The position numbers and the translations under genes were made by a program. A DNA stretch of 39,426 bases from a virus, in IMG/VR virus record IMGVR_UViG_3300033182_000272, positions 1-39,426 of that record; one strand, written 5' to 3'. The notes beneath the pieces were generated by a model. The model saw nothing but the letters and a program-made list of their open reading frames with translations. It was not told the origin of the DNA and searched no databases. Positions within the stretch are counted from its first letter, which is position 1, and the number at the start of each line of letters is the position of its first letter. Below are positions 14,339 through 22,443 of this stretch, piece after piece.

Positions 14339-15307
14339 ATGGGAGCCATTCCCGAAACCATGATGTCGAACAGCGGCACTACGCCGTGGCACGGCATCGG
14401 CACAATCATCGACGAGTTCGTCGATGGCCAGCGAGCCCTTGAGCTTGGCGGTATCGACTGGTCCGTCAGCAAGGTGCCGCTGTACACGGTGACAGACCCG
14501 TTCGCCCCCAAGCTGGAGGACACCTTCAAGCTGGTGGAAGGCAACGTCGCCCTGCAGGATTCCAACGGACGCAACCTGTCCGTCGTCTCACCGAAGTACG
14601 AAGTGCTGCAGAACGAAGAGTTGGCCGACATCACAGACACGCTGGGCCTGAACGTCCAGACGTGCGGTCAGATGTGGGACGGCAAGTTCGTCTGGATGCT
14701 GTCGGATCTGGGCGAGTCGCCCCGCTTCGACGGCACCGACGAAGCCATGCATCGCTGGCTGCTCGTGTCGACCTGGCACGGCAGCGGTGCGTTCCGCATC
14801 GAAGGCGTCAACATCCGAGTGGTGTGTGAGAACACCCTTCGGATCGCTCAGAGCGGCGGTGAGCTGTTCCACAGCATCCAGCACCGCAGCGGCGCCTACG
14901 ACCGTTTGGCCGAGGCCAAGCTGGCTCTCGTTGAGACGTACAACGGCTTCGACGAGTTCGATGCCTGGGCAGCTTCGCTGATGAACAAGCACGTCAGCCG
15001 CGTCACCTTCGGTGACGAAGTGCTGGAGCAGCTGTTCCCCCGCCCCGATGCTGACGCATCGGACCGTGTCCGTCACAACTGGCACAACCGTCGCCAGACG
15101 CTCCGCAACATCTTCGATGGCCCGACCATCGGGGGTCAGGAAACCGCCTGGCACTTCCTGCAGACGATCAACGAGTTCGAACTGTGGCATCAGGGCCACG
15201 GCAAGGACACGACTCGTCGTGCCAAGCAAACGGCTCAGGCCAAGGCATGGGCCAACGCACGGTTCCCACTCACCAACAAGGCCGCAGGGATCTTGCAGAG
15301 CGTGTGA
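14339..15307 (+). CDS. DUF932-like (phage/plasmid-like protein) family member (322 aa)
   Basis: N-terminus MSNSGTTPWHGIGT, plus IDWSVSKVPLY and NIRVVCENTL. This matches my memory of the family and is not checked. Confidence 0.7.
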   Translation: MGAIPETMMSNSGTTPWHGIGTIIDEFVDGQRALELGGIDWSVSKVPLYTVTDPFAPKLEDTFKLVEGNVALQDSNGRNLSVVSPKYEVLQNEELADITDTLGLNVQTCGQMWDGKFVWMLSDLGESPRFDGTDEAMHRWLLVSTWHGSGAFRIEGVNIRVVCENTLRIAQSGGELFHSIQHRSGAYDRLAEAKLALVETYNGFDEFDAWAASLMNKHVSRVTFGDEVLEQLFPRPDADASDRVRHNWHNRRQTLRNIFDGPTIGGQETAWHFLQTINEFELWHQGHGKDTTRRAKQTAQAKAWANARFPLTNKAAGILQSV

Positions 15308-15316
15308 CGAGTGTGG

Positions 15317-15342
15317 ATGTGGGGGGCTACGGTCCCCCACAT
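15317..15342 (+). terminator. Hairpin ATGTGGGGG-N8-CCCCCACAT
   Basis: 9-bp stem, followed by TCATTCACACA and an SD. Confidence 0.45.
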
Positions 15343-15367
15343 TCATTCACACAGAAGGGAGACGCAC

Positions 15368-15571
15368 ATGCGTCTAGTAGTCAATGTCCACCTGCAAGGT
15401 GGCTTGCCAGAGAACAAAGAAGAGTATCTCGATACTCTCACCGACATCGCTGAAGAGATGCTGGAGACGTACCGTCCAGCCGACTATGCGAAGTGGTGGC
15501 TCACAAGCGTGGCCGTGCAGCCAGCACCGAAGTCGCTGATGCACACACGAGATCTCACGATCGACAACTAG
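15368..15571 (+). CDS. Hypothetical protein (67 aa)
   Basis: AAGGGAG RBS. Confidence 0.55.
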   Translation: MRLVVNVHLQGGLPENKEEYLDTLTDIAEEMLETYRPADYAKWWLTSVAVQPAPKSLMHTRDLTIDN

Positions 15572-15585
15572 CTTGTAGGCGACAC

Positions 15586-15619
15586 CCAGCCCGTCGCCCC
15601 TTCGGGGCGGCGGGTTGGT
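15586..15619 (+). terminator. 15-bp hairpin with a UUCG tetraloop
   Basis: CCAGCCCGTCGCCCC-TTCG-GGGGCGGCGGGTTGG, including two G-U pairs. Confidence 0.55.
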
Positions 15620-15658
15620 TGATGTCAACAAGGACATCCACAGACACACGGAGGCAAC

Positions 15659-15898
15659 ATGGACTCCTACATAGCCACGTTTTACGCCATCATCTTTGGC
15701 CTTTCGGCCATCGGCACTCTGCTGCTGGCCAAGTGGTTTGAACGAGACAAGCAGCGTCGTGCCGACGCCGAAGAGTTCTGGCGGCAGATGCAACCGAACC
15801 TGTACAACGGTGGCCTGAAAGGCCACCTGCACACAGACGAAGACCAACTACAACAACCACCCGTCCTCCCTGAGGACTACAGAGATTGGAGCAAGTGA
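15659..15898 (+). CDS. Membrane protein with one N-terminal TM helix (79 aa)
   Basis: YIATFYAIIFGLSAIGTLLLAKWF. CGGAGG RBS. Confidence 0.6.
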   Translation: MDSYIATFYAIIFGLSAIGTLLLAKWFERDKQRRADAEEFWRQMQPNLYNGGLKGHLHTDEDQLQQPPVLPEDYRDWSK

Positions 15899-16038
15899 TG
15901 AGTGAAACTCCTGCAGAACGAGCACGCCGCAAGGCGCGCCAAGACCGAGCGACCAACGTGTACGGCGTAGGCGCTACACAGCTGTTGCGTGGCCTGCGCC
16001 ACCTGCAAGCCGAGAAGGCTTGGGAAGAGGAGGAGTGA
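15898..16038 (+). CDS. Hypothetical protein (46 aa)
   Basis: TGATG overlaps at both ends. Too short to appear in the ORF track. Confidence 0.4.
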   Translation: MSETPAERARRKARQDRATNVYGVGATQLLRGLRHLQAEKAWEEEE

Positions 16039-16217
16039 TGTTCGTTCCTGACTACAACATCGGCAACTACGAAGTAGAAGTCGACGACGAGAACCTCGTG
16101 GCACGGGTGATCTACTCGCCCACAGGCAAGCCCCTCGTGAAGTTCACAGGCGAGCATGCGTGGTCACGAGCGCGTGCCCACGCCGACGACATGCACTGGG
16201 CAACGGGAGGCAAGTGA
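16038..16217 (+). CDS. Hypothetical protein (59 aa)
   Basis: TGATG coupling at both ends. Confidence 0.5.
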   Translation: MFVPDYNIGNYEVEVDDENLVARVIYSPTGKPLVKFTGEHAWSRARAHADDMHWATGGK

Positions 16218-16729
16218 TGGGCTACATGGACAACGTTCCGTTGGCCGACGAACTGGCTGGCGGTGCCCGCACAGACCTTGACGACGTGACCATCGCAGAT
16301 CCTGTGACGATCACGCACGGCGTGTACAGGGTGCCCGAAGAGCTACCGCTGCTCGACTATCTGGAGTCACAGGTTCGCATGCACGACCTCGTGTCTGTGA
16401 TGGACAAGTTCTTCGAATGGCCCGAAGGGGTCGACCGCTACGACGCCATGCAAGAACTGCTGTTCAACCTGCAGGTTCGGGACGACGACGAGTCGACCTA
16501 CACGACCCGAGGACTCAGCATCTCACAGGTGCGCAAGATGTACTGCAAGTACGGCGCAGCCGTCTGGCAGCAGAACCCTCACCTCACGAAGAAGGCAGTG
16601 TATGACCATCTCGTAACCCTCGGTTACGATGGAACGACATGGGCCTTCTACCAGTACCTGCATCGCAACGGCGGCGAAGCCGCTGCGAACACGGAGCGCA
16701 CACGGTTGGCCCGTGGAAAGCGCGTGTGA
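16217..16729 (+). CDS. Hypothetical protein (170 aa)
   Basis: TGATG coupling. It lies upstream of the exonuclease gene. Confidence 0.6.
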   Translation: MGYMDNVPLADELAGGARTDLDDVTIADPVTITHGVYRVPEELPLLDYLESQVRMHDLVSVMDKFFEWPEGVDRYDAMQELLFNLQVRDDDESTYTTRGLSISQVRKMYCKYGAAVWQQNPHLTKKAVYDHLVTLGYDGTTWAFYQYLHRNGGEAAANTERTRLARGKRV

Positions 16730-16730
16730 C

Positions 16731-17567
16731 ATGAAGTCGGCCCACACCTTCCGCCAGTCGTGGGCCAAGGACTTCCTGATGTGCCCAGAGCGGGGTCGAC
16801 GTTCAGCGTTTGACCCCGCCTGGGACTCCCCAGACTCAGACGCAACCGTGCTGGGCACAGCGGTACACGAGTACATGGAGGGGCGCCTACACGGTCTGAG
16901 CCATGGGGAAGCTTTGCACGATGCCATGGCCTGGCTAGACACACGGCTGGAAGCTGGTGACTTTCAGCGTGTCCAGATCAAGGGCGATGACACCTTGCGA
17001 AGCAAGCTGGAAGGATGTGCGGGGCGACTCAGCGTGAGCGTCGTCCCGCATGTCCCGCCAGTCGACCCATCCGAGATCGAACGACAGTTCGACGTGCCAC
17101 TGGCACCAGACGGATCCATCCGCCTGTCGGGCACATGGGACGCGCGCGACATACACGGGCGCCTGTGGGACTGGAAGACCGCTGCCCGTCTTGACCGCTA
17201 CGTCGGCTGGGAGATCGACCGCTGGTACGTCCAGCCCACCTTCTACGCCACAGCCGCACGCCTACAGGATCTTGTAGACGCCCACGGCGAAGCCAAAGCC
17301 CTAGAGCTGTTCTGGGGCGGAGATGAATGGGAGATCCCATTCACGTTCGCAGTCGTCACCAAGACGCCTGAACCAATCGCAGACACGTTCGACACCACCC
17401 GCACACACGGCCATGCTGCGTGGCTGCTAGAGCAGCTGCGCAGCTTCGTAGCCATGCGCGAGGGAATGAGTGTCGACGTGCCTTGGCCCAAGAACGACCA
17501 GCACGCTTTGTGCAGTCAGAAGTGGTGCCCCGCATGGGGCACCTGCAAGGGCCAACACATCCGATGA
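16731..17567 (+). CDS. Cas4/RecB-like PD-(D/E)XK exonuclease with four cluster-type cysteines
   Basis: N-terminal Cys in FLMCPERG. C-terminal CSQKWCPAWGTCKG. Nuclease-core-like segment GTWDARD...DWKT. Confidence 0.75.
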   Translation: MKSAHTFRQSWAKDFLMCPERGRRSAFDPAWDSPDSDATVLGTAVHEYMEGRLHGLSHGEALHDAMAWLDTRLEAGDFQRVQIKGDDTLRSKLEGCAGRLSVSVVPHVPPVDPSEIERQFDVPLAPDGSIRLSGTWDARDIHGRLWDWKTAARLDRYVGWEIDRWYVQPTFYATAARLQDLVDAHGEAKALELFWGGDEWEIPFTFAVVTKTPEPIADTFDTTRTHGHAAWLLEQLRSFVAMREGMSVDVPWPKNDQHALCSQKWCPAWGTCKGQHIR

Positions 17568-17598
17568 TTGGACCGTTGCGTAAAGCAGCGGCTACATT
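17568..17598 (+). promoter_or_regulatory. Weak candidate internal promoter (TTGGAC-N19-TACATT)
   Basis: This is the only hairpin-free long spacer in this part of the operon. The hexamer spacing is suboptimal. Confidence 0.2.
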
Positions 17599-17658
17599 GG
17601 GAAACCAGTTGGGGGGCAAAACAGAGCACCCCCACATACAGGCCCACAGGAGGGCAAC

Positions 17659-18144
17659 ATGAGCAAGGCTGACTTCAGCCCGAAGGACCAGCTGATCGTC
17701 GCACAGGTGGCGGTCAAGGGAGCGATCGACATGATCGTCGCTGGCAAGACAGACAAGGCGTTGGCCGAGGCCGCCGCCTACATCGACTCCGTCGTGTGGC
17801 GGATCGCTGCCGAGACGGGAGCCGTGGCCCCCGTCGTGCAGGCTGTTCCCGACTACGAACCCGACTTCGAAGATCTGGTTCATCAGGAGTTCCCTGGCGC
17901 ACAGAACGTCGCCGCCCCCGCTCCTGCCGCTGCTCCCGCAGCGGCTGTGTCACCGATGCCGCCGCACCCCGCCGACACGCGTGACAAGGCCGAGAAGGCT
18001 GCGAACAAGGCGTGGGGCACCGCCCGCTATCAGGCGGCTCCCGAGGAGTTCTGGGACAACCGCCCGAAGAAGGCGGCTGGCGAGTACAAGCCGAACAGTC
18101 CCGACCTGAAGCACAAGGAATCGGGTCTGGCGGTCTGGCTGTAA
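17659..18144 (+). CDS. Hypothetical protein with an Ala/Pro-rich linker (161 aa)
   Basis: GGAGGG RBS. It lies between the exonuclease and helicase genes, so it could be an ssDNA-binding or annealing protein. No motif supports this. Confidence 0.6.
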   Translation: MSKADFSPKDQLIVAQVAVKGAIDMIVAGKTDKALAEAAAYIDSVVWRIAAETGAVAPVVQAVPDYEPDFEDLVHQEFPGAQNVAAPAPAAAPAAAVSPMPPHPADTRDKAEKAANKAWGTARYQAAPEEFWDNRPKKAAGEYKPNSPDLKHKESGLAVWL

Positions 18145-18158
18145 GCCGTCCATGATCT

Positions 18159-18201
18159 GGGGCAGGGGGCGACCACACCCCCCTTCGGCGCTCCCTGCCC
18201 C
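18159..18201 (+). terminator. Hairpin GGGGCAGGG...CCCTGCCCC
   Basis: 9-bp outer stem plus a GCG/CGC extension. Confidence 0.4.
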
Positions 18202-18224
18202 AACCAACCTGCCTGGGAGGCACA

Positions 18225-19316
18225 ATGGCTTTGCCACGACTGTTGGATGACGACTCAATCGACGCCGCAATCGAAGCGGCACAGACCACCTCCCATGGCA
18301 CGGGGACAGACGTAGACGAACCTGCGTCTGTCCCCGAGTGGAGGTTCGTCCGTCATCTCAACTCAGCGGTAGACCCGCTGGTCGACGCCCTACAGAACAC
18401 CGAAGGACGGTTGATGTGGGGCATCCGAGACTTGGACCTGATGATGCGAGGCGTCGGCAACGGCGACCTGTGCTTCGTCACAGGACGAGCACACAGCGGC
18501 AAGACACAGCTGGTCATGCAGGCCATCTGCAACAACGCCCACGGCCGCTTCATCCTGTTCACACCCGACGAGATGGCCGAGCTAGTGCTGATGAAGCTCG
18601 CCGCCATCATGCGAGGGCTGAACCCCGAGCATGTCGAACAGGCCCTGAAAGCTGGCGACAACGACATGGTCGAACTGCTCAGGACCGTCGCCGCCGACGA
18701 CTTCCCGAACCTCGTCGTCATCGACGACGGACTCGACTTCGATGACATGCGCAAGGCTGTCATGGAATGCGAGGCGTACTGGGAGGCGCCTACACAGGGC
18801 ATCTTCATCGACTATCTGGAACTGATCCCTGGTGACGCCGACCACGACGGCGTCACATGGAAAGTGCAGGAACTCAAGCGGTTTGCCAAAGGCACCAAAC
18901 GCCCCGTCGTCTGCCTGCATCAAGGCAAGCGTGGCGAACGAGGCCAAGCCAAAGGCATGGACGGCATGCGGTACGGCGGAGAGAACGAAGCGACCTATGT
19001 GGTCGAAGTGTTCCGCAAGTGCCAAGACGAGACGCTGGACGCCTACGAGCGCGAAGCAGAGCAGAACAGCATCACCGTCGGTGTCGTCAAGAACAAACGG
19101 CCACCGTCGAAGACGGGCTACGTCGACCTGCACATCGCCGCAGAGACAGGCGCCATCAGGCCCATGCAGGAAGGCGACCGTTACGTCCGTCCCGATGACG
19201 GCGCAGGCCCCACACAATCACGAGCCGAGCACAACGCTGCAGCCCTGCAAGCCCTGAAGGACGAAGTGGCAGCTGCCCAGCCCGCAGCCGAAGGTGCCGA
19301 CCGACCCATGTTCTAG
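18225..19316 (+). CDS. DnaB-like (RecA-fold) replicative helicase
   Basis: Walker A is GRAHSGKTQ. Walker B-like segments are VVIDDG and IFIDYLEL. Confidence 0.8.
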   Translation: MALPRLLDDDSIDAAIEAAQTTSHGTGTDVDEPASVPEWRFVRHLNSAVDPLVDALQNTEGRLMWGIRDLDLMMRGVGNGDLCFVTGRAHSGKTQLVMQAICNNAHGRFILFTPDEMAELVLMKLAAIMRGLNPEHVEQALKAGDNDMVELLRTVAADDFPNLVVIDDGLDFDDMRKAVMECEAYWEAPTQGIFIDYLELIPGDADHDGVTWKVQELKRFAKGTKRPVVCLHQGKRGERGQAKGMDGMRYGGENEATYVVEVFRKCQDETLDAYEREAEQNSITVGVVKNKRPPSKTGYVDLHIAAETGAIRPMQEGDRYVRPDDGAGPTQSRAEHNAAALQALKDEVAAAQPAAEGADRPMF

Positions 19317-19323
19317 GGGGGAC

Positions 19324-20247
19324 ATGACCGACACATTCATCACCCTGTTCCAAGGGAACCCTGCCGTCATCGGCACAGAAGAAGGCGGCTGCGACCGCAG
19401 CCCCCACAAGACCACCGCCGACCACATGGCCTGGTGGGTCACACAGATGCAGCAACACCTAGACGGCGGGCCGCAGGCAGGCGTGTACCCGATGGTGCAA
19501 ACCCCCGAAGGGTTCGTCGTCCACTGGGGCTGCATCGACGTAGACGAAGGCGAAGAAGCGTCGCTGATCCACGCCAGCAACATCGTCACTGTGCTCCGCA
19601 AGTTCGGTGTCACAGGCTGGATCGAACGCTCACGCTCCAAGGGCTACCACGTCTGGGTGTTCGCCCAAGACTGGGTGCCCGCACAACTCATGCGTCACGC
19701 CCTGCTCGCTGCTGCACAGATCGCACAGGCACCTACCCGTGAGATCAACCCGAAGCAGTCGACCCTGGCAGACGGCGCAGTCGGCAACTACGTCAGACTG
19801 CCGTACCCAGGCGACAACCCAGGAGCAGACGAGCACCGCCGCATGGTCGTCGACCACACCCTCGACGAGTTCGTCACAGCCGCACACGCCTCAGCTGTAG
19901 ACGCCCCCACGTTGGAGCCGTTGGCTGCCCTGTACAAAGCACCACAGCTGGTCACCGCCAAGAGTTTCGGCAGCGGCAGCGTGAGCCGTGCCAAGTCGGC
20001 ACGGCGACGCATGTCTGGCCTGGCCTGGCACATGTACACCCACGGCTGCGGACGGCAGGACGACCGTTCAGAATGGCTGTGGGCATTCAGCCGTGAACTC
20101 ACCAAGTGTGACCTGTCCCTGTCTGAAGCACAGGAGTTTCTGTACGAGGCGCATGACCAGCACGCACCCAAGTGGGATCATCGTGCAGACAGAGGACGAC
20201 CACAGCTCGACAGGATGCTGGCCAAAGCATCTGGGGCTGTGTCATAG
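19324..20247 (+). CDS. Archaeo-eukaryotic-type primase-polymerase (AEP/Prim-Pol)
   Basis: Motif I is CIDVDEG. Motif II is KGYHVWVF. Motif III-like is GNYVRLPYPG. Confidence 0.75.
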   Translation: MTDTFITLFQGNPAVIGTEEGGCDRSPHKTTADHMAWWVTQMQQHLDGGPQAGVYPMVQTPEGFVVHWGCIDVDEGEEASLIHASNIVTVLRKFGVTGWIERSRSKGYHVWVFAQDWVPAQLMRHALLAAAQIAQAPTREINPKQSTLADGAVGNYVRLPYPGDNPGADEHRRMVVDHTLDEFVTAAHASAVDAPTLEPLAALYKAPQLVTAKSFGSGSVSRAKSARRRMSGLAWHMYTHGCGRQDDRSEWLWAFSRELTKCDLSLSEAQEFLYEAHDQHAPKWDHRADRGRPQLDRMLAKASGAVS

Positions 20248-20258
20248 AAAGGCAACCC

Positions 20259-20573
20259 ATGATCAACATTGACCCTGCAGATCGGCCTAGAGAACAGAAC
20301 CGACGGGCTGTGCTGCTGGAAGCAGAAGAAGCTGTCTGCAGCGACCGCAACAAAGACTACGGCGACCCCGAAGACAACTTCGACGACATCGCCAGCCTGT
20401 GGTCTGCGTACATGCGCAGCCCGTTCACACGGGCAGACGTGGCCGTGATGATGATGCTGGTGAAGGTGGCACGCATGAAGACCTCGCCAGCCCTCAGGGA
20501 CCACTGGGTCGACATCGCAGGCTACGCAGCCTGCGGCTACCCCTCAGCGTTGGCGGACGGCAGCGATGCTTGA
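20259..20573 (+). CDS. Small conserved phage protein (104 aa), DUF6378-like or all-alpha by recollection
   Basis: RNKDYGDPEDNFDDIASLW...ADVAVMMMLVKVARM...DHWVDIAGYAACG. GAAAGG RBS. Confidence 0.55.
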   Translation: MINIDPADRPREQNRRAVLLEAEEAVCSDRNKDYGDPEDNFDDIASLWSAYMRSPFTRADVAVMMMLVKVARMKTSPALRDHWVDIAGYAACGYPSALADGSDA

Positions 20574-20652
20574 GTGCCTCACGTTCATGGTCCTGTTGTG
20601 GCTGGTAGCCGTCGTGTACTTCCTCGTCGTGTCAAAGGATCTCGATGGCTGA
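20566..20652 (+). CDS. Candidate 28-aa membrane peptide
   Basis: MLECLTFMVLLWLVAVVYFLVVSKDLDG. It overlaps both neighbouring genes. Confidence 0.3.
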   Translation: MLECLTFMVLLWLVAVVYFLVVSKDLDG

Positions 20653-20914
20653 ACACCTGACCAACGCAGCTCAGGACTGGGTTGAACAGGCCCACTGCCG
20701 CATCGCCCGCATCAACCCCGACTACTTCTTCCCCGAACGGGGCGGCTCTGCACAGAAACAAGCAGAGAAGCTGTGTGCCCCCTGCACCGTCAAAGACGAA
20801 TGCCTGCGGTTTGCTCTCGACAACAACGAGTGGATGGGGATCTGGGGCGGCAAGTCAGGCAGGCAACGCCGCATCATCAAACAGCTAGAAGCCAAAGGGG
20901 TCGACTGGCAATGA
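20645..20914 (+). CDS. whiB: WhiB-family transcription factor ([4Fe-4S] Wbl protein)
   Basis: Cys pattern C...C-x2-C-x5-C (AHCRI...LCAPCTVKDEC), followed by GIWGG and a basic tail. Confidence 0.9.
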   Translation: MAEHLTNAAQDWVEQAHCRIARINPDYFFPERGGSAQKQAEKLCAPCTVKDECLRFALDNNEWMGIWGGKSGRQRRIIKQLEAKGVDWQ

Positions 20915-21399
20915 CCCAACGCAAGCCCATGCGCATGTACATGCAGCTCAAGCCGAAGGTGAAGCAACGCCCTCGGCTTGGGCGCCGTGGGCGAGTGTTC
21001 ACACCCACAGCCACGCTGCAACACGAGGCCGAGATCGCAGCCCTGTGGAAGAAGAAGTTCGGTAGACGCAAACCACTGGAAGGCCCCGTGTTGGTGTCTG
21101 TCGATTTCGACAAACACGGCATGTGGGTAGAGGTGGCGCCTACAGACCTGCCATCCCTGATGCGGGGCGACATTGACAATTATCTGAAAGCCGTCCTAGA
21201 TGCGTTGAACGGGATTGCGTATGTCGATGACAAACAGATCTCGGTGTTATTGTCCACAACCACAGGGCACCTGTGGAAAACCCAGGAGGAAGACATGCCG
21301 AATGTCGGCGGTAGAAAGTACCCGTACACCCAGGCTGGCAAGGCTGCTGCGAAGAAGGCTGCCAAGAAGGCCACGAAGAAGGCCACGAAGAAGCGATGA
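20911..21399 (+). CDS. rusA: RusA-type Holliday junction resolvase with a Lys-rich C-terminal tail
   Basis: GDIDNYLKAVLDALNGIAYVDDKQI. The tail is KAAAKKAAKKATKKATKKR. Its ATGA overlaps the whiB stop. Confidence 0.8.
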   Translation: MTQRKPMRMYMQLKPKVKQRPRLGRRGRVFTPTATLQHEAEIAALWKKKFGRRKPLEGPVLVSVDFDKHGMWVEVAPTDLPSLMRGDIDNYLKAVLDALNGIAYVDDKQISVLLSTTTGHLWKTQEEDMPNVGGRKYPYTQAGKAAAKKAAKKATKKATKKR

Positions 21400-21560
21400 G
21401 CGAAGTATCGCCGCATCCTCGGCGCCTGATGGAAGTGCTGGGCGATATGGCTGAGCAGTTCGACGACGCCATCGACATTGACTGGGGCGACGACGCAGAC
21501 GAAGAGATCGTCGTTGCCTGTGACCTTGAGAACCCCGAGACATGTGAGAGTTGCCAATGA
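21396..21560 (+). CDS. Hypothetical acidic protein (54 aa)
   Basis: ATGA overlap with rusA. Too short to appear in the ORF track. Confidence 0.4.
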   Translation: MSEVSPHPRRLMEVLGDMAEQFDDAIDIDWGDDADEEIVVACDLENPETCESCQ

Positions 21561-21724
21561 CACAGCGTGTACTGAACGGAATCATGGCGGACGTGATGCG
21601 ACGGGCAGGCATCAGCCCTGCCGTCGCACAGCGGATGCTTGACGGCGAGTGGATTGCCGACGAACCTGTAGATCTGGAAGGAGCCGAGAATGCCAGCGAA
21701 GAAGCCAGCGAAGCGGGCGTCTAA
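21557..21724 (+). CDS. Hypothetical protein (55 aa)
   Basis: ATGA overlap with the upstream gene. Its 3' end overlaps the next gene by 35 nt. Confidence 0.35.
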   Translation: MTQRVLNGIMADVMRRAGISPAVAQRMLDGEWIADEPVDLEGAENASEEASEAGV

Positions 21725-21899
21725 GTCCAAGTCTCGTGTGAACGAGGCAGGGAACTACACGAAGCCTGCGATGCGGAAGCGCATGTTTGAGGAGATTAAG
21801 GCTGGAGGTAAGGGCGGCAAGCCTGGTCAGTGGTCTGCGCGTAAGGCACAGTTGTTGGCTAAGCGTTACCAAGCTGCGGGTGGAGGGTACAGAAACTGA
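21690..21899 (+). CDS. Lys/Arg-rich small protein 1 (69 aa)
   Basis: GGAAGGAG RBS. The motif GNYTKP...GGKPGQWSARKAQLL...GGGY belongs to a widespread small-protein family that I recognise but cannot name reliably. Confidence 0.65.
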   Translation: MPAKKPAKRASKSKSRVNEAGNYTKPAMRKRMFEEIKAGGKGGKPGQWSARKAQLLAKRYQAAGGGYRN

Positions 21900-22153
21900 T
21901 GGCTAAGGCAAAGTCGCAGAAGTCTCTCGACAAGTGGACGAAGCAGAAGTGGCGTACCGCTTCTGGCAAGCCGTCCACGCAGGGACGCAAAGCCACGGGC
22001 GAGGCGTACATGCCTGCGGCTCAGGTCAAGAAGTTGAAGTCAACGGAAGCAGGCCGCAAGAAGCTGGCTGCTGCCAACAGGAAGAAGCGCGAAGCAACGA
22101 AGCAAGGCAAGCAGCATGCGAAGCATGGCCTGCACAAGGGAAAAAAGCGGTAA
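21899..22153 (+). CDS. Lys-rich small protein 2 (84 aa)
   Basis: TGATG coupling. KSLDKWTKQKWRT...KKREATKQGKQ. Confidence 0.65.
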   Translation: MAKAKSQKSLDKWTKQKWRTASGKPSTQGRKATGEAYMPAAQVKKLKSTEAGRKKLAAANRKKREATKQGKQHAKHGLHKGKKR

Positions 22154-22443
22154 TGGCCGAGAAGAAGAAGAAGGATCCACGGCTGGAACGTGCGGGTGTG
22201 TCTGGCTACAACAAGCCGAAGCGCACCCCCAACCATCCGAAGAAGTCACACATCGTAGTCGCCAAGGAAGGCGATCAGATCAAGACGATTCGGTTTGGGC
22301 AGCAGGGTGTGAAGGGTGCGGGCAAGAACCCGTCGTCCAAGTCCGAGAAGGCACGACGCAAGTCGTTCAAGGCCCGCCACGGCAAGAACATCTCCAAGGG
22401 GAAGATGTCTGCGGCGTACTGGGCAGACAAGGTGAAGTGGTAA
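22153..22443 (+). CDS. Lys-rich small protein 3 (96 aa)
   Basis: TAATG coupling. GYNKPKRTPNHPKKSHIVVAKEGDQIKTIRFGQQG...KMSAAYWADKVKW is a conserved viral small-protein signature of unknown function. Confidence 0.7.
   Translation: MAEKKKKDPRLERAGVSGYNKPKRTPNHPKKSHIVVAKEGDQIKTIRFGQQGVKGAGKNPSSKSEKARRKSFKARHGKNISKGKMSAAYWADKVKW

Noticed and set aside
9015-18225. The repeated GC hairpins considered as a CRISPR-like or MITE-like array
   Set aside because: The spacing is irregular and set by gene lengths. The hairpins differ in sequence apart from one 23-mer pair, and every unit sits between ORFs. They fit terminator or processing punctuation rather than an array.
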